From positions 245 to 64,244 of the forward strand of contig CAZGTY010000005.1 of the NCBI GenBank assembly GCA_964528895.1: 64,000 nt of DNA. The letters run 5' to 3'. Under the pieces are notes generated by a model that saw only the letters and a program-made list of their open reading frames with translations, was not told the DNA's origin and did no database searches. Positions 28,607 through 38,473 of the stretch are shown here, in pieces (within the stretch, counting starts at the first letter, position 1; each line of letters opens with the position of its first letter). The position numbers were made by a program, and so were the translations under genes. The stretch is from an uncultured Blautia sp. (GTDB taxonomy: Bacteria > Bacillota > Clostridia > Lachnospirales > Lachnospiraceae).

Positions 28607-31093
28607 TTACTGCTTCCGGCGTTTCATCCAGACAACGAAGCCGTACAAAAGGAACGCGCCTGGAATGATCACCACGGTGATAATGCTCCAGAAATTACTG
28701 CTGGCAGCCGTCACCGTCAGGTAATCCACAGAGATGGATTTTACCGGAACGGATACGCTTGTTTCATGTCCGCACATCCAGCTTATGGTATTAACGAACA
28801 GCTTCTGATTTCCCCCAGATACCATCTGATTTATGGAAGAATCCAGAAGAGAAGAGGATGTGTACACGGCAAGCTTCGCCGTGACCGTATCATAATCCGT
28901 TTCCTCTTCACTTTCCGTTTCATCCCCATCCGCAGCGGACACAACTTCAGAGCTCTCGCTTGTGTCCCCCGTTTCTCCTTCCGTCAGAATTTCCTCTTCC
29001 AGCTCACTTGCTTCTTCATCGTCAACGCCCTGAAGCTCCAGGCCCGCGTATGAAAGATCGCCGCCTTCCAGAAGGCTCCCGGCCTGCTCCAGAACCTCCT
29101 CCGTAAGCTCCACGTCCTCCGACGCCAGCATACCAAGGGCAAAAGGCCCGTCAATGTCGCCGGATTCTTTTTCATAGGATTTCATATTCGCCACATCCGT
29201 CTTGGAATATGCGCTGGAAGAAGTGGACAGCACTTCCGTCAATGATACGGTCTCCCGAACGTCCTCAGCCGCCGTGAGACCCTGGGAGGCCGCCATAAGC
29301 ACATAACCGCCCCCGTTTGCCATATCTCCTGAAACATCCGTGCTGTTGATCACCGGAACCAGATAGTAAGGTATCTGGACATAATTCTGGGGATTTCCCT
29401 CCATTACAACGCCCTCATTTTTCCGGATTCCGTAATCCTCCATGATGGTTTCAAGGTTCGGCATCTCCACATCCGTATAGTCCGTTATGATCAGGGCGGC
29501 TCCTCCGGTCATAAGATATGCCCTGATCTTATTGCTCTCTCCTTCTGACAGGTCGGAGGACGGGGAAAGGATCAAAAGGCTGTCCGCATCCTCGGGCACC
29601 TGTTCCTCGCTGATGAGGTTTAATTCTTCTGTTTGGATGTTCTCCTTTTCCACTGCAGCCTCCATGCTGTCATCCAGAGATATTTCCCCGTGCCCCGTGA
29701 GGACATACACCTTCGGGAGATCCCCCGAGCTTACCGCCGCAATGGCGCTGGTGATCTGACCTTCCCCGTCAAAGCCTGTCGTTGTATAGCTGTAATAGTT
29801 GTAGTCGAATTCATATTCGTACATGTCGTTATAATCCACCACCCGGCTCACATCGCCGCAGGCCACGATAACGCTGTTTTCCGTTACGCTCTCTGAGGTG
29901 TACTGGGAGGTGAAGCCTGGATATCTCACCGGATCCTTTTCTTCTACATGAATATGCGAAGAAAGGTCATCGTAGCGCTCCAGAAGCCTTTCTATATTTG
30001 AATCCATGTTGCTGTCCTGAACAATATAATAAAGGGTAACGTCCTCCGTAAGCCCGGCGACAGCCTCCTTTGTCTGCTCCGTCAGGACCGACAGCTTCTG
30101 CTCCGTCACATCGATCTGCATATATCCGGAGGGAAGTTCCGACGCGATCAGATTCACCGCCACTACCGCCGCGATCATGATCGCCGTAAGTCCCATACTG
30201 TAGGATCCGTTTTTCAACTGTCCCCTGTCTGTTCCCCAGCGTCTTTTCTGGATGGACTGCACTGTCAAAAAGAGAAACAGCGCCGTAACGGACAGATAAT
30301 AAATGACGCCGGCCAGATCGAACATGCCTCCCGCAAATTCTTCAAAATGGGCAGTTACGCTGAAAACTCCCAGGATCTTCTGTATCAGCCCTTCATAAAC
30401 CGCCGGCCGGATCAGATATATAACGCCCAGGCATCCTTCCACAAGAACTGCGGAAACCGCCGTCACAGACGCTTTGCCCATCATATGGTGAATAAGAAAA
30501 ACAAGCGCCGCTCCTACAACTGCCAGAGAAAAGAAGGATCCGGCCGCCGTCTCCGGAAAAAAGGAGGCGATCCCCTCCACAACATAGCTGAAAAACAGGG
30601 CGAAAAATGTAAGCACAGCCGCAATGACCTGGCTCTCAGTCACAGATGAGAGAAAAAGTCCGATCGCCAGATAGGTGATCCCTAAAAGGAAAAAGCCAAA
30701 AAGAGCGCTGTAGCTTTCCAAAAAAGGAACACTGCCAAACTGCGACAGGATTAGCGGATAAGCTCCCATGATCACCGTCGGAATGGCAAATACGGTCACC
30801 ATTGACAGCCATTTTCCAAGGACGATGCCTGTCACGGATACAGGCGCCGTAAGAAGCATCTGATCCGTTTTCTGCTTCCGCTCCTCCGCGAGAATACGCA
30901 TGGTCAGGATAGGAACCAGAATCATAAAGACAAACAGGATCGATTGCAGCGTATAAGCAAATTTCGGGTACATGCCCTGCAGATTATAGGCCGTAAAATA
31001 TATTCCCGCAAGAATCAGAAGAAATGCGATGAATACATACCCGATCATTGAAGTCAGGAAGCTTTTTACTTCTTTTTTATAGATTGCCGTCAT
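28607..31093 (-). CDS. Fused GldF-like ABC permease and GldG-like auxiliary domain
   Basis: AIYKKEVKSF, ILTMRILAEERKQKTDQMLLTAPV, TESQVIAA; then DVTEQKLSVL, VYVLTGHGE, GNQKLFVNTISW and C-terminal TM ...WMKRRK. Confidence 0.85.
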   Translation of the reverse strand: MTAIYKKEVKSFLTSMIGYVFIAFLLILAGIYFTAYNLQGMYPKFAYTLQSILFVFMILVPILTMRILAEERKQKTDQMLLTAPVSVTGIVLGKWLSMVTVFAIPTVIMGAYPLILSQFGSVPFLESYSALFGFFLLGITYLAIGLFLSSVTESQVIAAVLTFFALFFSYVVEGIASFFPETAAGSFFSLAVVGAALVFLIHHMMGKASVTAVSAVLVEGCLGVIYLIRPAVYEGLIQKILGVFSVTAHFEEFAGGMFDLAGVIYYLSVTALFLFLTVQSIQKRRWGTDRGQLKNGSYSMGLTAIMIAAVVAVNLIASELPSGYMQIDVTEQKLSVLTEQTKEAVAGLTEDVTLYYIVQDSNMDSNIERLLERYDDLSSHIHVEEKDPVRYPGFTSQYTSESVTENSVIVACGDVSRVVDYNDMYEYEFDYNYYSYTTTGFDGEGQITSAIAAVSSGDLPKVYVLTGHGEISLDDSMEAAVEKENIQTEELNLISEEQVPEDADSLLILSPSSDLSEGESNKIRAYLMTGGAALIITDYTDVEMPNLETIMEDYGIRKNEGVVMEGNPQNYVQIPYYLVPVINSTDVSGDMANGGGYVLMAASQGLTAAEDVRETVSLTEVLSTSSSAYSKTDVANMKSYEKESGDIDGPFALGMLASEDVELTEEVLEQAGSLLEGGDLSYAGLELQGVDDEEASELEEEILTEGETGDTSESSEVVSAADGDETESEEETDYDTVTAKLAVYTSSSLLDSSINQMVSGGNQKLFVNTISWMCGHETSVSVPVKSISVDYLTVTAASSNFWSIITVVIIPGAFLLYGFVVWMKRRKQ

Positions 31094-32132
31094 GATTGTC
31101 CTCCTTCTCCTCGTCCGTCAAAAAGCCCTCTCTTTTTTCCTTTTTCCGGAAAAGACCCAGAGGATTTTTTCTGGTATTCTTCTCTGCAGGGACGACGTTA
31201 TGCTCCTCCGTCAGCTCCAGGAAAATATCTTCCAGCGATACGCGGGTATGCTGCATACCCAATATGGTGATCCTTCGCTCCGAGCACAAAAGAAATATCT
31301 GCCTGCGGATATCCGCTCCATCCTTTGTTTTGATCTGGATATCCACGGCGTTTTCGTCTGCGGAGGGCTTTATGGTATATTCGCTGATCTCCTTTATTTC
31401 ACCCAGCATCTGACCGATCTCATCCTGTCCAGCCTCCAGTGTCAGCTCCAGAGTCGAAGAGCCCTTCATAAGACCCGTAAGATTTTCCGGCGTATCGCTT
31501 GCCACCAGTTTCCCGTGGGCAATGATCATAATGTGATCGCAGATGGCGCTGACCTCTGATAAAATATGCGAGCTTAAAATAATGGTGTGCTTCCGGCTCA
31601 GTTCACGGATCAGTTCACGGATCTCAATGATCTGCTTCGGATCCAGGCCCACCATGGGCTCGTCAAGAATGATGATCTCAGGATATCCCAGGATCGCCTG
31701 CGCAAGTCCCACCCGCTGGCGAAAGCCCTTCGACAGGTTTCGGATCAGGCGGTTTTTCACTTCCTGAACGCCGGTCATGTTCATGACCTCATCGATCATC
31801 TGCTCCGCATCCTTGTCCGGTATTTTTTTCAGGCCCGCCGAAAATATAAGATATTCCTTCACCGTCATTTCCGGATAGACCGGAGGGATCTCGGGAAGAT
31901 AACCGATGCATTTTCTCGCAGCCTGGCCGTCCTCCACGATATCATGTCCGTTGATCAGTACCTGCCCGGAAGTGGGCGCAATATATCCGGTCATAATATT
32001 CATGGTCGTGGACTTTCCCGCGCCATTCGGCCCCAAAAAGCCGTAAATCTGCCCCTTCTCCACAGTAAACGACAGATCGCTTACGGCAGTGTTGGGGCCG
32101 TATTTTTTCGTCAGATTTTTTACTTCGATCAT
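31077..32132 (-). CDS. ABC transporter ATP-binding protein (GldA-like)
   Basis: GPNGAGKST, LSKGFRQRVGLAQA, ILDEP, SSHILSE; RBS GGAGG before ATG 32132. Confidence 0.93.
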   Translation of the reverse strand: MIEVKNLTKKYGPNTAVSDLSFTVEKGQIYGFLGPNGAGKSTTMNIMTGYIAPTSGQVLINGHDIVEDGQAARKCIGYLPEIPPVYPEMTVKEYLIFSAGLKKIPDKDAEQMIDEVMNMTGVQEVKNRLIRNLSKGFRQRVGLAQAILGYPEIIILDEPMVGLDPKQIIEIRELIRELSRKHTIILSSHILSEVSAICDHIMIIAHGKLVASDTPENLTGLMKGSSTLELTLEAGQDEIGQMLGEIKEISEYTIKPSADENAVDIQIKTKDGADIRRQIFLLCSERRITILGMQHTRVSLEDIFLELTEEHNVVPAEKNTRKNPLGLFRKKEKREGFLTDEEKEDNHDGNL

Positions 32133-32426
32133 ACAGTTCCTCCAATTGACATTTTTTTCGTGAAACCTGATTTCCCACGCATATGTAAATATATTATCGC
32201 ATCTTCCTGAAATGTACCTGAAAAAAACAAAAAAACGCCAGGTGACGCCCGCCGGGTTCAGCAGCGTCCCTGTCAGCCGGATACTGTCCGGAAATATCAT
32301 AATTCCGATTGCAGAAGACGCCTGAAAGTGATATTGTATTCAAAGGCAGTGGAAATCCCCGCATACCCGGCCTTGTGGTATGCTCTTGTTCCACAAAACG
32401 GGCAGCATCGGGAAGGAGAGGGATCA

Positions 32427-34358
32427 ATGCGCAAAATCATAAGGCTTATGAACGGCTGGGATTTTACAGACCGGAATGGCATTAAACAAACAGTATCATT
32501 GCCTCATACATGGAATGGAAAAGACGGACAGGACGGCGGAAACGATTATTACAGAGGGACTCTGGTATATGAAAAACATTTTGCCGCGCCGGAATTTACG
32601 GAGCGCCAGCAGGTGTATCTTCAGTGCCACGGCATCAACGCCAGCGCGCACATCATTTTGAACGGAGAATCCGTCTGCAGGCATGACGGAGGATATTCGA
32701 CCTTCCGTGTTCAGGTGACAGATAAACTAAAGTCTGATAATCATGTGGTCATTGAGGTAGACAACAGTCTCAATGACAGAGTATATCCCCAGAAAGCGGA
32801 TTTTACTTTTTACGGAGGAATCTATCGGGACATAGAGCTTCTGATCGTATCCCGGGAGCATTTTGACCTGGATTATTACGGAGGCCCCGGAATGAAATAT
32901 GAGACGGAGGTTTCAGGGGAAAATGCGGTTGTCCGTGTTCGATCCTACTTAAATGAGGAGGCAAAAAAGGCCGGCTGCAGGACGGAAATCACCCTTCTTG
33001 ATGACAGGGGCTGTATGGTCGCGCAGGGAGAAGGAGAAGATATCAGGCTTCCCATAAAAAATGTACGGCTGTGGGACGGCCTGAAGGATCCTTATTTATA
33101 TCGGATCAAGGCTGCATTGATAAAGGACACACGGCCGCTGGACGAGATCTCCTGCCGCTGCGGTGTACGCACCTTTGAATTCAGTCCCAGGGACGGCTTT
33201 CATCTGAATGGAAAACCCTATCCCCTGCATGGGGTATCCCGCCACCAGGACTGGAAGGAGCTGGGCAACGCCATCTCCACGGACCAAATGGAGCGGGATA
33301 TGGAACTGATACGGGAGGTAGGCGCGAATACCATCCGCCTTGCCCATTACCAGCATAATCAATATTTTTATGATCTCTGCGATCAGTATGGAATGATTGT
33401 CTGGGCGGAGATTCCGTATATTTCAGAGCATATGCCGGGCGGAAGAGAAAATGTCTTTTCTCAGATGAAAGAGCTGATTATCCAGAATTATAATCATCCC
33501 TGCATTGTGGTATGGGGGATATCCAATGAAATTACTATTTCCGGGAAACGGCATAAAAGGGATATGCTGAAAAATCATCATGCCCTGCAAAAGCTGTGCA
33601 GGGAGATGGATCCCACAAGACGAACCACCTTGGCCTGTTATGCAATGTGCAGTCCGTTTCATCCGGTGTCCAAAATTACGGATCTTGTAGGGTGGAATCT
33701 ATATCTGGGCTGGTATGTGCCGGGATTGTTTTTGAATGATCTTTGGATCGGCTTTTATCATCTGATCTATCCTGAAAGGCGCCTGTGTTTTTCCGAATAT
33801 GGGGCGGAAGGAATGCCGAACCTTCACAGCGGAAAACCGAAACGTGGCGACCATACGGAGGAATATCAGGCGAAGTATCACGAATTTATGCTCAAATGCT
33901 TTGAACGTCATCCTTATTTATGGGCCAGCTATGTGTGGAATATGTTTGATTTTGCATCAGATGCCAGAGATCAGGGAGGCGAAGCCGGCATGAATCACAA
34001 AGGCCTCGTGACCTTTGACCGGATGATAAAAAAGGACAGCTTTTATCTTTATAAAGCCTGGTGGAACCAGAAAGAGCCTTTTGTGCATCTGTCAGGGAAA
34101 AGATACAAATACCGTACAGAAGACGTCGCTCTAATTACAGTGTATTCCAATCAGCCGGAGGTCTCCCTCTATCATAACGGGAAGCTTTTAGAAACAAAAA
34201 AAGGACAGCATATATTTAAATTTAAGCTTCGGATGAAAGAAAAGAATATCCTGGAGGTCAAAGCAGGAGACTGTTCAGATCATGCGGTTATCTATAAAAC
34301 AGGCCGGGCAAGACCGGAGTATCAGCTGAAAAAGGGGAAAAGCCAGAATTGGGTTTAG
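32427..34358 (+). CDS. GH2 beta-galactosidase/glucuronidase-like
   Basis: LPHTWN, ADFTFYGGIYRD, HGVSRHQD, IRLAHYQH, NHPCIVVWGISNE, FSEYGAEG. Confidence 0.92.
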   Translation: MRKIIRLMNGWDFTDRNGIKQTVSLPHTWNGKDGQDGGNDYYRGTLVYEKHFAAPEFTERQQVYLQCHGINASAHIILNGESVCRHDGGYSTFRVQVTDKLKSDNHVVIEVDNSLNDRVYPQKADFTFYGGIYRDIELLIVSREHFDLDYYGGPGMKYETEVSGENAVVRVRSYLNEEAKKAGCRTEITLLDDRGCMVAQGEGEDIRLPIKNVRLWDGLKDPYLYRIKAALIKDTRPLDEISCRCGVRTFEFSPRDGFHLNGKPYPLHGVSRHQDWKELGNAISTDQMERDMELIREVGANTIRLAHYQHNQYFYDLCDQYGMIVWAEIPYISEHMPGGRENVFSQMKELIIQNYNHPCIVVWGISNEITISGKRHKRDMLKNHHALQKLCREMDPTRRTTLACYAMCSPFHPVSKITDLVGWNLYLGWYVPGLFLNDLWIGFYHLIYPERRLCFSEYGAEGMPNLHSGKPKRGDHTEEYQAKYHEFMLKCFERHPYLWASYVWNMFDFASDARDQGGEAGMNHKGLVTFDRMIKKDSFYLYKAWWNQKEPFVHLSGKRYKYRTEDVALITVYSNQPEVSLYHNGKLLETKKGQHIFKFKLRMKEKNILEVKAGDCSDHAVIYKTGRARPEYQLKKGKSQNWV

Positions 34359-34364
34359 CGCGTT

Positions 34365-34476
34365 GCTGATTATTCCTTATTTCAGACGTTCTATCATAAG
34401 GCGTCAGATTCAATTTTACGTTAAGATCAGCCCTGCTTCTGAGCAATTCTTGAATCTCCTGATACTGTACCGCCAT
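34365..34476 (-). pseudogene. Probable 5' remnant of a Fic-family gene
   Basis: RBS GAAGGA; MAVQYQEIQELLRSRADLNVKLNLTPYDRTSEIR resembles, from memory, the N-terminus of Clostridia Fic proteins; frame then runs antisense into the GH2 end. Confidence 0.5.
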
Positions 34477-34548
34477 AATATTCCTTCGAACAAATCTCTG
34501 TCAAACATCCGACAAAAGCAGAAATATTAAATTTGTTCGTTTCTAATG

Positions 34549-35319
34549 TTATTTTTCAAAGGCAACGCCAAATTTTTCCTTTATATATTTCCTGCGCTCC
34601 GCCTCATCCCGGCACTGAATAACGGTCACCCCGCCGTCCTCACGGATGGTCAGTGTATCGTCCGTCAGCGCCACGCTGCCGTTCGGAAGGCAAAGATTCA
34701 GTATCCTTTTCTGTGAAAAGATCACATTCTCGGATTTTGCACAATAAAAATTCATCGGAAGGAAATCGGCTTCCTCCATCTTTTGATCCCGAAATACAAG
34801 CATCGGGCGGTACTCCCCGTCATGCATACGGTTTATCCTGAAAAAACCGCCGTCCTCCCCCTCCACGCGGAAGGAATCTCCGCAGATTATATATTCTCCC
34901 GGAATCAGCTCCACAAGGCCTTTCGGCCCCGGACCGCCGTATCCGATATCACAAAAATATTTTTCACCGTCCAGAACCGCGATGGTTCCTCTGTGCAGCA
35001 TCGGAGGAAACGTCTCCTTCATCCACACAATTCGCACACCTACCGGATATACTGAAAAACCCAGCGCAGTCAAAAGCTCATAAAACAGCTTGTTCAGTTC
35101 GAAGCAATAGCCGCCTCTTCTGTTTTCCACGACCTTCTTGTAGATATCCTCCGTCTCAAGAGAGGGCACCCTCTTTTCCTCAAAAACCTCCAGATTTTCA
35201 AAGGGTACGCCTGTAAGATGCGACCGGATCAGCTCTGACAGGGTATCCCGGGCCACGCGGGTCTCCCCGCGGTATCCTATACGCTCCAGATATGCCTTTA
35301 CCTGTTCTTTTTCAAGCAT
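34549..35319 (-). CDS. Arylamine N-acetyltransferase family protein
   Basis: YLERIG, VPFENL, RRGGYCFELN (catalytic Cys), H, DIGYG. Confidence 0.92.
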   Translation of the reverse strand: MLEKEQVKAYLERIGYRGETRVARDTLSELIRSHLTGVPFENLEVFEEKRVPSLETEDIYKKVVENRRGGYCFELNKLFYELLTALGFSVYPVGVRIVWMKETFPPMLHRGTIAVLDGEKYFCDIGYGGPGPKGLVELIPGEYIICGDSFRVEGEDGGFFRINRMHDGEYRPMLVFRDQKMEEADFLPMNFYCAKSENVIFSQKRILNLCLPNGSVALTDDTLTIREDGGVTVIQCRDEAERRKYIKEKFGVAFEK

Positions 35320-35341
35320 TTCCGCTTCCTCCCGCTGCTTT

Positions 35342-36166
35342 TTATTTCACGCCGTACTTTTCTTCCAGTTCTCCGGCCGCCTGCTTAAAATCCTTAAAAC
35401 AGATCGCATGGATCCCCACGGCTCTGGCTCCCTGGCAGTTTTCCTCCCTGTCATCGATGAACACCGACTTTTCCGGATCCAGATGATACATATCCAAAAG
35501 CTTCTGATATATGGCAGGCTCAGGCTTCAGTTCCTTCACCTCACACGAAAACAGTGCCCCGTCCATGTAGGGCAGAAAATTCATTTTCTTCTTCGAATGC
35601 GCCAGCATATAATCGCTGTAATTGGACAGCACATAGAGATGATACCCCCGGCTCTTCAGATATTTCGTCCATGTCTCCGGATAGTCCAGCTTCGTGATCG
35701 CCTCTGGCGCACGGCGCACTACCTCCAGGATATCCGTTTCATACTCCGGCGCCTCCGCCACAAACATGCGGCGATACTCCTCCTCAGAAAAGCAGCCCCT
35801 GTCTCTCTCATCCCATATTCTATTCCGGAATGTGGCGTCTGCGATCCTCTCGAATTTTTCCTCTGAAAATCCAAAGGATCTCAGGTACTCCTTCCACCTG
35901 AATCCCACCAGAACGTTACCCACATCAAAAATAATATTTTCAATCATCCTGTCTTCCTCCAGACGCGTTTTTTTCTTGATGAGATACTGATAAACCAATA
36001 AAAATGCATAGGCAATAACCGGCAGAAGAATCGCCGCCCCAATGGCTCCCTTAAACAACGCATAACTATCCTCCCCACTGCCCAGTGCGAACACCAGGGG
36101 GAGAAGGGCTGCCGCTGCCAGAATGATCACGCCGATGATTGCCGCGGCTCTTTTAAAATTTTTCAT
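35342..36166 (-). CDS. HAD-family phosphatase with 2-TM N-terminal extension
   Basis: IIFDVGNVL, LSNY, KPEPAIY, FIDDREEN. Confidence 0.88.
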   Translation of the reverse strand: MKNFKRAAAIIGVIILAAAALLPLVFALGSGEDSYALFKGAIGAAILLPVIAYAFLLVYQYLIKKKTRLEEDRMIENIIFDVGNVLVGFRWKEYLRSFGFSEEKFERIADATFRNRIWDERDRGCFSEEEYRRMFVAEAPEYETDILEVVRRAPEAITKLDYPETWTKYLKSRGYHLYVLSNYSDYMLAHSKKKMNFLPYMDGALFSCEVKELKPEPAIYQKLLDMYHLDPEKSVFIDDREENCQGARAVGIHAICFKDFKQAAGELEEKYGVK

Positions 36167-36192
36167 AGGCCCTCTCTGTCACCGGATCCGAA

Positions 36193-37041
36193 TCACTCCT
36201 GCCCGGTACCTTTCCTGAATTTTTCATAATATGCGGCATACAATCTCTCCAGAATTTCCGGAGCTCTTCCTCCCACCGTTTTTCCGTCAATACTCTCAGC
36301 GGCATGGCAGAGAGCGCCGGAACGGCTGACGATGACCTCGTCCGCGTCGAAGAGCTCTTTAAGAGTAAAGGGCTCCTCCGCCACCGGGATGTCCAGCCCA
36401 CGGGCCAGCTCGATCATATGCTTTCTGGTAATGCCCGGCAGGATCAGATTATCACAGGGCGCTGTCCGCAATACCCCGTCCTTGATGATGGAAACATTGC
36501 TGTGGGCGCATTCCGTCACCCGTTCTCCCCTGTGAAATACCGTCTCATCACACCCCTGGGATTCCGCCCTCTGGGCGGCCATAACATTCGGGATCAGATT
36601 CAGGGTCTTTATATTACAATGGAAGTACCGGGTATCCTCCATGGTGATCAGCTTCACTTTTTTCTCCATGGGCGCGGGATTGATAGGATTCAGCATGATC
36701 ATCAGATTCGGCTTCACCTCTCCCTCCGGGAATTTATGTTCTCTGTACGCAGTTCCTCTGGATGCCTGCCAGTATAAAAGGCCATTATTCCCGTCAAATT
36801 TTTCCACCACCCGCATCAGCTCCTCCGTCAGTTCCTCCCTCGACATGGAAAAAGCGATCTCCAAAAGACGGCAGCTATTGTAAAAGCGGTCCAGATGCTC
36901 CGTCAGAGCAAAGGCACGGCCATTGGCTACGGACGTGGCGTCATATACGCCGTCCCCAAAATAATACGCTCTGTCCAGCATGGGAATCTTAAGTTCTTCC
37001 ACAGGCGCGATCTCACCATTATAGTAACCTACCCGTTTCAT
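36193..37041 (-). CDS. D-amino-acid aminotransferase (PLP class IV)
   Basis: DRAYYFGDGVY, IKTLNL, TECAHSN, ILPGITR; RBS GAGGAGG before ATG 37041. Confidence 0.88.
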   Translation of the reverse strand: MKRVGYYNGEIAPVEELKIPMLDRAYYFGDGVYDATSVANGRAFALTEHLDRFYNSCRLLEIAFSMSREELTEELMRVVEKFDGNNGLLYWQASRGTAYREHKFPEGEVKPNLMIMLNPINPAPMEKKVKLITMEDTRYFHCNIKTLNLIPNVMAAQRAESQGCDETVFHRGERVTECAHSNVSIIKDGVLRTAPCDNLILPGITRKHMIELARGLDIPVAEEPFTLKELFDADEVIVSRSGALCHAAESIDGKTVGGRAPEILERLYAAYYEKFRKGTGQE

Positions 37042-37157
37042 GTAACCCCTCCTCGTAAAAGTAATGCGGCACAGCCGCTGCATAAAAAGATAGCAGATAC
37101 AGTACACGCCGGAGAAATTCTCCCCGGCGCACACAGTTAAGGCAGCCCAGACCGCCA

Positions 37158-38438
37158 TCATTTATTTCTGTAAATAATATCGTTCCTTCCCGGTCCATTG
37201 GATATCATCGTAATCGGGAAACCGATCTGTTCTTCCACAAACTCCACATATTTACGGCAGTTTTCCGGAAGCTCCTCATATTTTTTCACACCGCGGATAT
37301 CCGTCCGCCAGCCCGGCAGAACCTTTAATACGGGCTTCGCCTTTTCCAGATTCACGGTGGTGGGGAAGTCTGTAGTCACCCTCCCGTCAATTTCATAGCC
37401 CACGCAAACAGGGATCTCATCCAGATAACCAAGCACATCCAGTACCGTAAAGGCCACATCCGTGGTTCCCTGTATACGGCATCCGTATTTTGACGCCACA
37501 CAGTCAAACCATCCCATACGTCTGGGGCGCCCTGTGGTTGCGCCGTACTCTCCGCCGTCTCCGCCCCGTCTTCTCAGCTCATCCGCCTCATCCCCGAAAA
37601 TCTCAGATACGAAAGCGCCTGCGCCGACTGCGCTGGAATATGCCTTACATACGGTAATGATCTTCCTGATCTCGTAGGGCGGCACTCCTGCGCCGATGGC
37701 GCCATACGCAGCCAGTGTAGAAGAAGATGTAACCATGGGATAGATGCCGTGATCCGGATCTTTAAGAGAACCAAGCTGTCCCTCCAGAAGGATCTCTTTG
37801 CCCTCCTTCAGGGCATTCCACAGATACAGGGAAACATCCCCCACATAGGGCTCCACCATCTTCTTATACTCAAGAAGCTCCGCAAAAATCTCATCGGGAT
37901 CCAAAAGGGGCTTGTGATACAAATGCTCCAGAAGAACATTCTTTGTTTCGCAGACGCGGATTACCTTTTCCTTCAGGCTTTCCTCGTCGAACAGCTCGCT
38001 GACCTGGAATCCGATCTTTGCGTATTTGTCGGAATAGAATGGAGCGATGCCGGACTTGGTGGAACCGAAGGATTTCCCTGCAAGGCGCTCCTCCTCATAC
38101 TGGTCAAAAAGGATGTGATAGGGCATGACCATCTGCGCCCTGTCAGAGATCATGATCCTGGGAGCCGGAACTCCTCTGCTCACGATTTCATTGTATTCTT
38201 TAAAAAACACAGGGATATTCAGCGCTACGCCATTACCGATAATGCTGGTAGTATGATCATAAAATACACCAGACGGCAGGGTATGGAGAGCAAATTTACC
38301 ATAGTCATTTACAATGGTATGTCCTGCGTTGGCTCCTCCCTGGAATCTGACGATAATGTCCGCCTCCCGGGCAAGCATATCCGTAATTTTGCCTTTTCCC
38401 TCATCTCCCCAGTTTGCTCCAACTACTGCTTTGATCAT
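37158..38438 (-). CDS. purA: Adenylosuccinate synthetase
   Basis: GANWGDEGKGKITD, GGANAGHT, GEYGATTGRPRRMGWFD. Confidence 0.97.
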   Translation of the reverse strand: MIKAVVGANWGDEGKGKITDMLAREADIIVRFQGGANAGHTIVNDYGKFALHTLPSGVFYDHTTSIIGNGVALNIPVFFKEYNEIVSRGVPAPRIMISDRAQMVMPYHILFDQYEEERLAGKSFGSTKSGIAPFYSDKYAKIGFQVSELFDEESLKEKVIRVCETKNVLLEHLYHKPLLDPDEIFAELLEYKKMVEPYVGDVSLYLWNALKEGKEILLEGQLGSLKDPDHGIYPMVTSSSTLAAYGAIGAGVPPYEIRKIITVCKAYSSAVGAGAFVSEIFGDEADELRRRGGDGGEYGATTGRPRRMGWFDCVASKYGCRIQGTTDVAFTVLDVLGYLDEIPVCVGYEIDGRVTTDFPTTVNLEKAKPVLKVLPGWRTDIRGVKKYEELPENCRKYVEFVEEQIGFPITMISNGPGRNDIIYRNK

Positions 38439-38473
38439 AACACTTCTTCCTCCTCGTGTCTTATCTGCGTTTC

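Noticed and set aside
30215-30226. Possible internal AGGGG-TTG start at the GldF/GldG junction
   Set aside because: Spacing of only 4 nt and a TTG codon give weak support
32206-32223. CCTGAAA repeated at 11 bp upstream of the ABC ATPase
   Set aside because: Too short, and no cognate regulator nearby; not distinguishable from chance
32133-32426. Upstream extensions of track ORFs (starts at 32300 and 32328; likewise 27343, 37161, 41694, 58454)
   Set aside because: No RBS at these starts; downstream ATGs have RBSs and match the expected family N-termini
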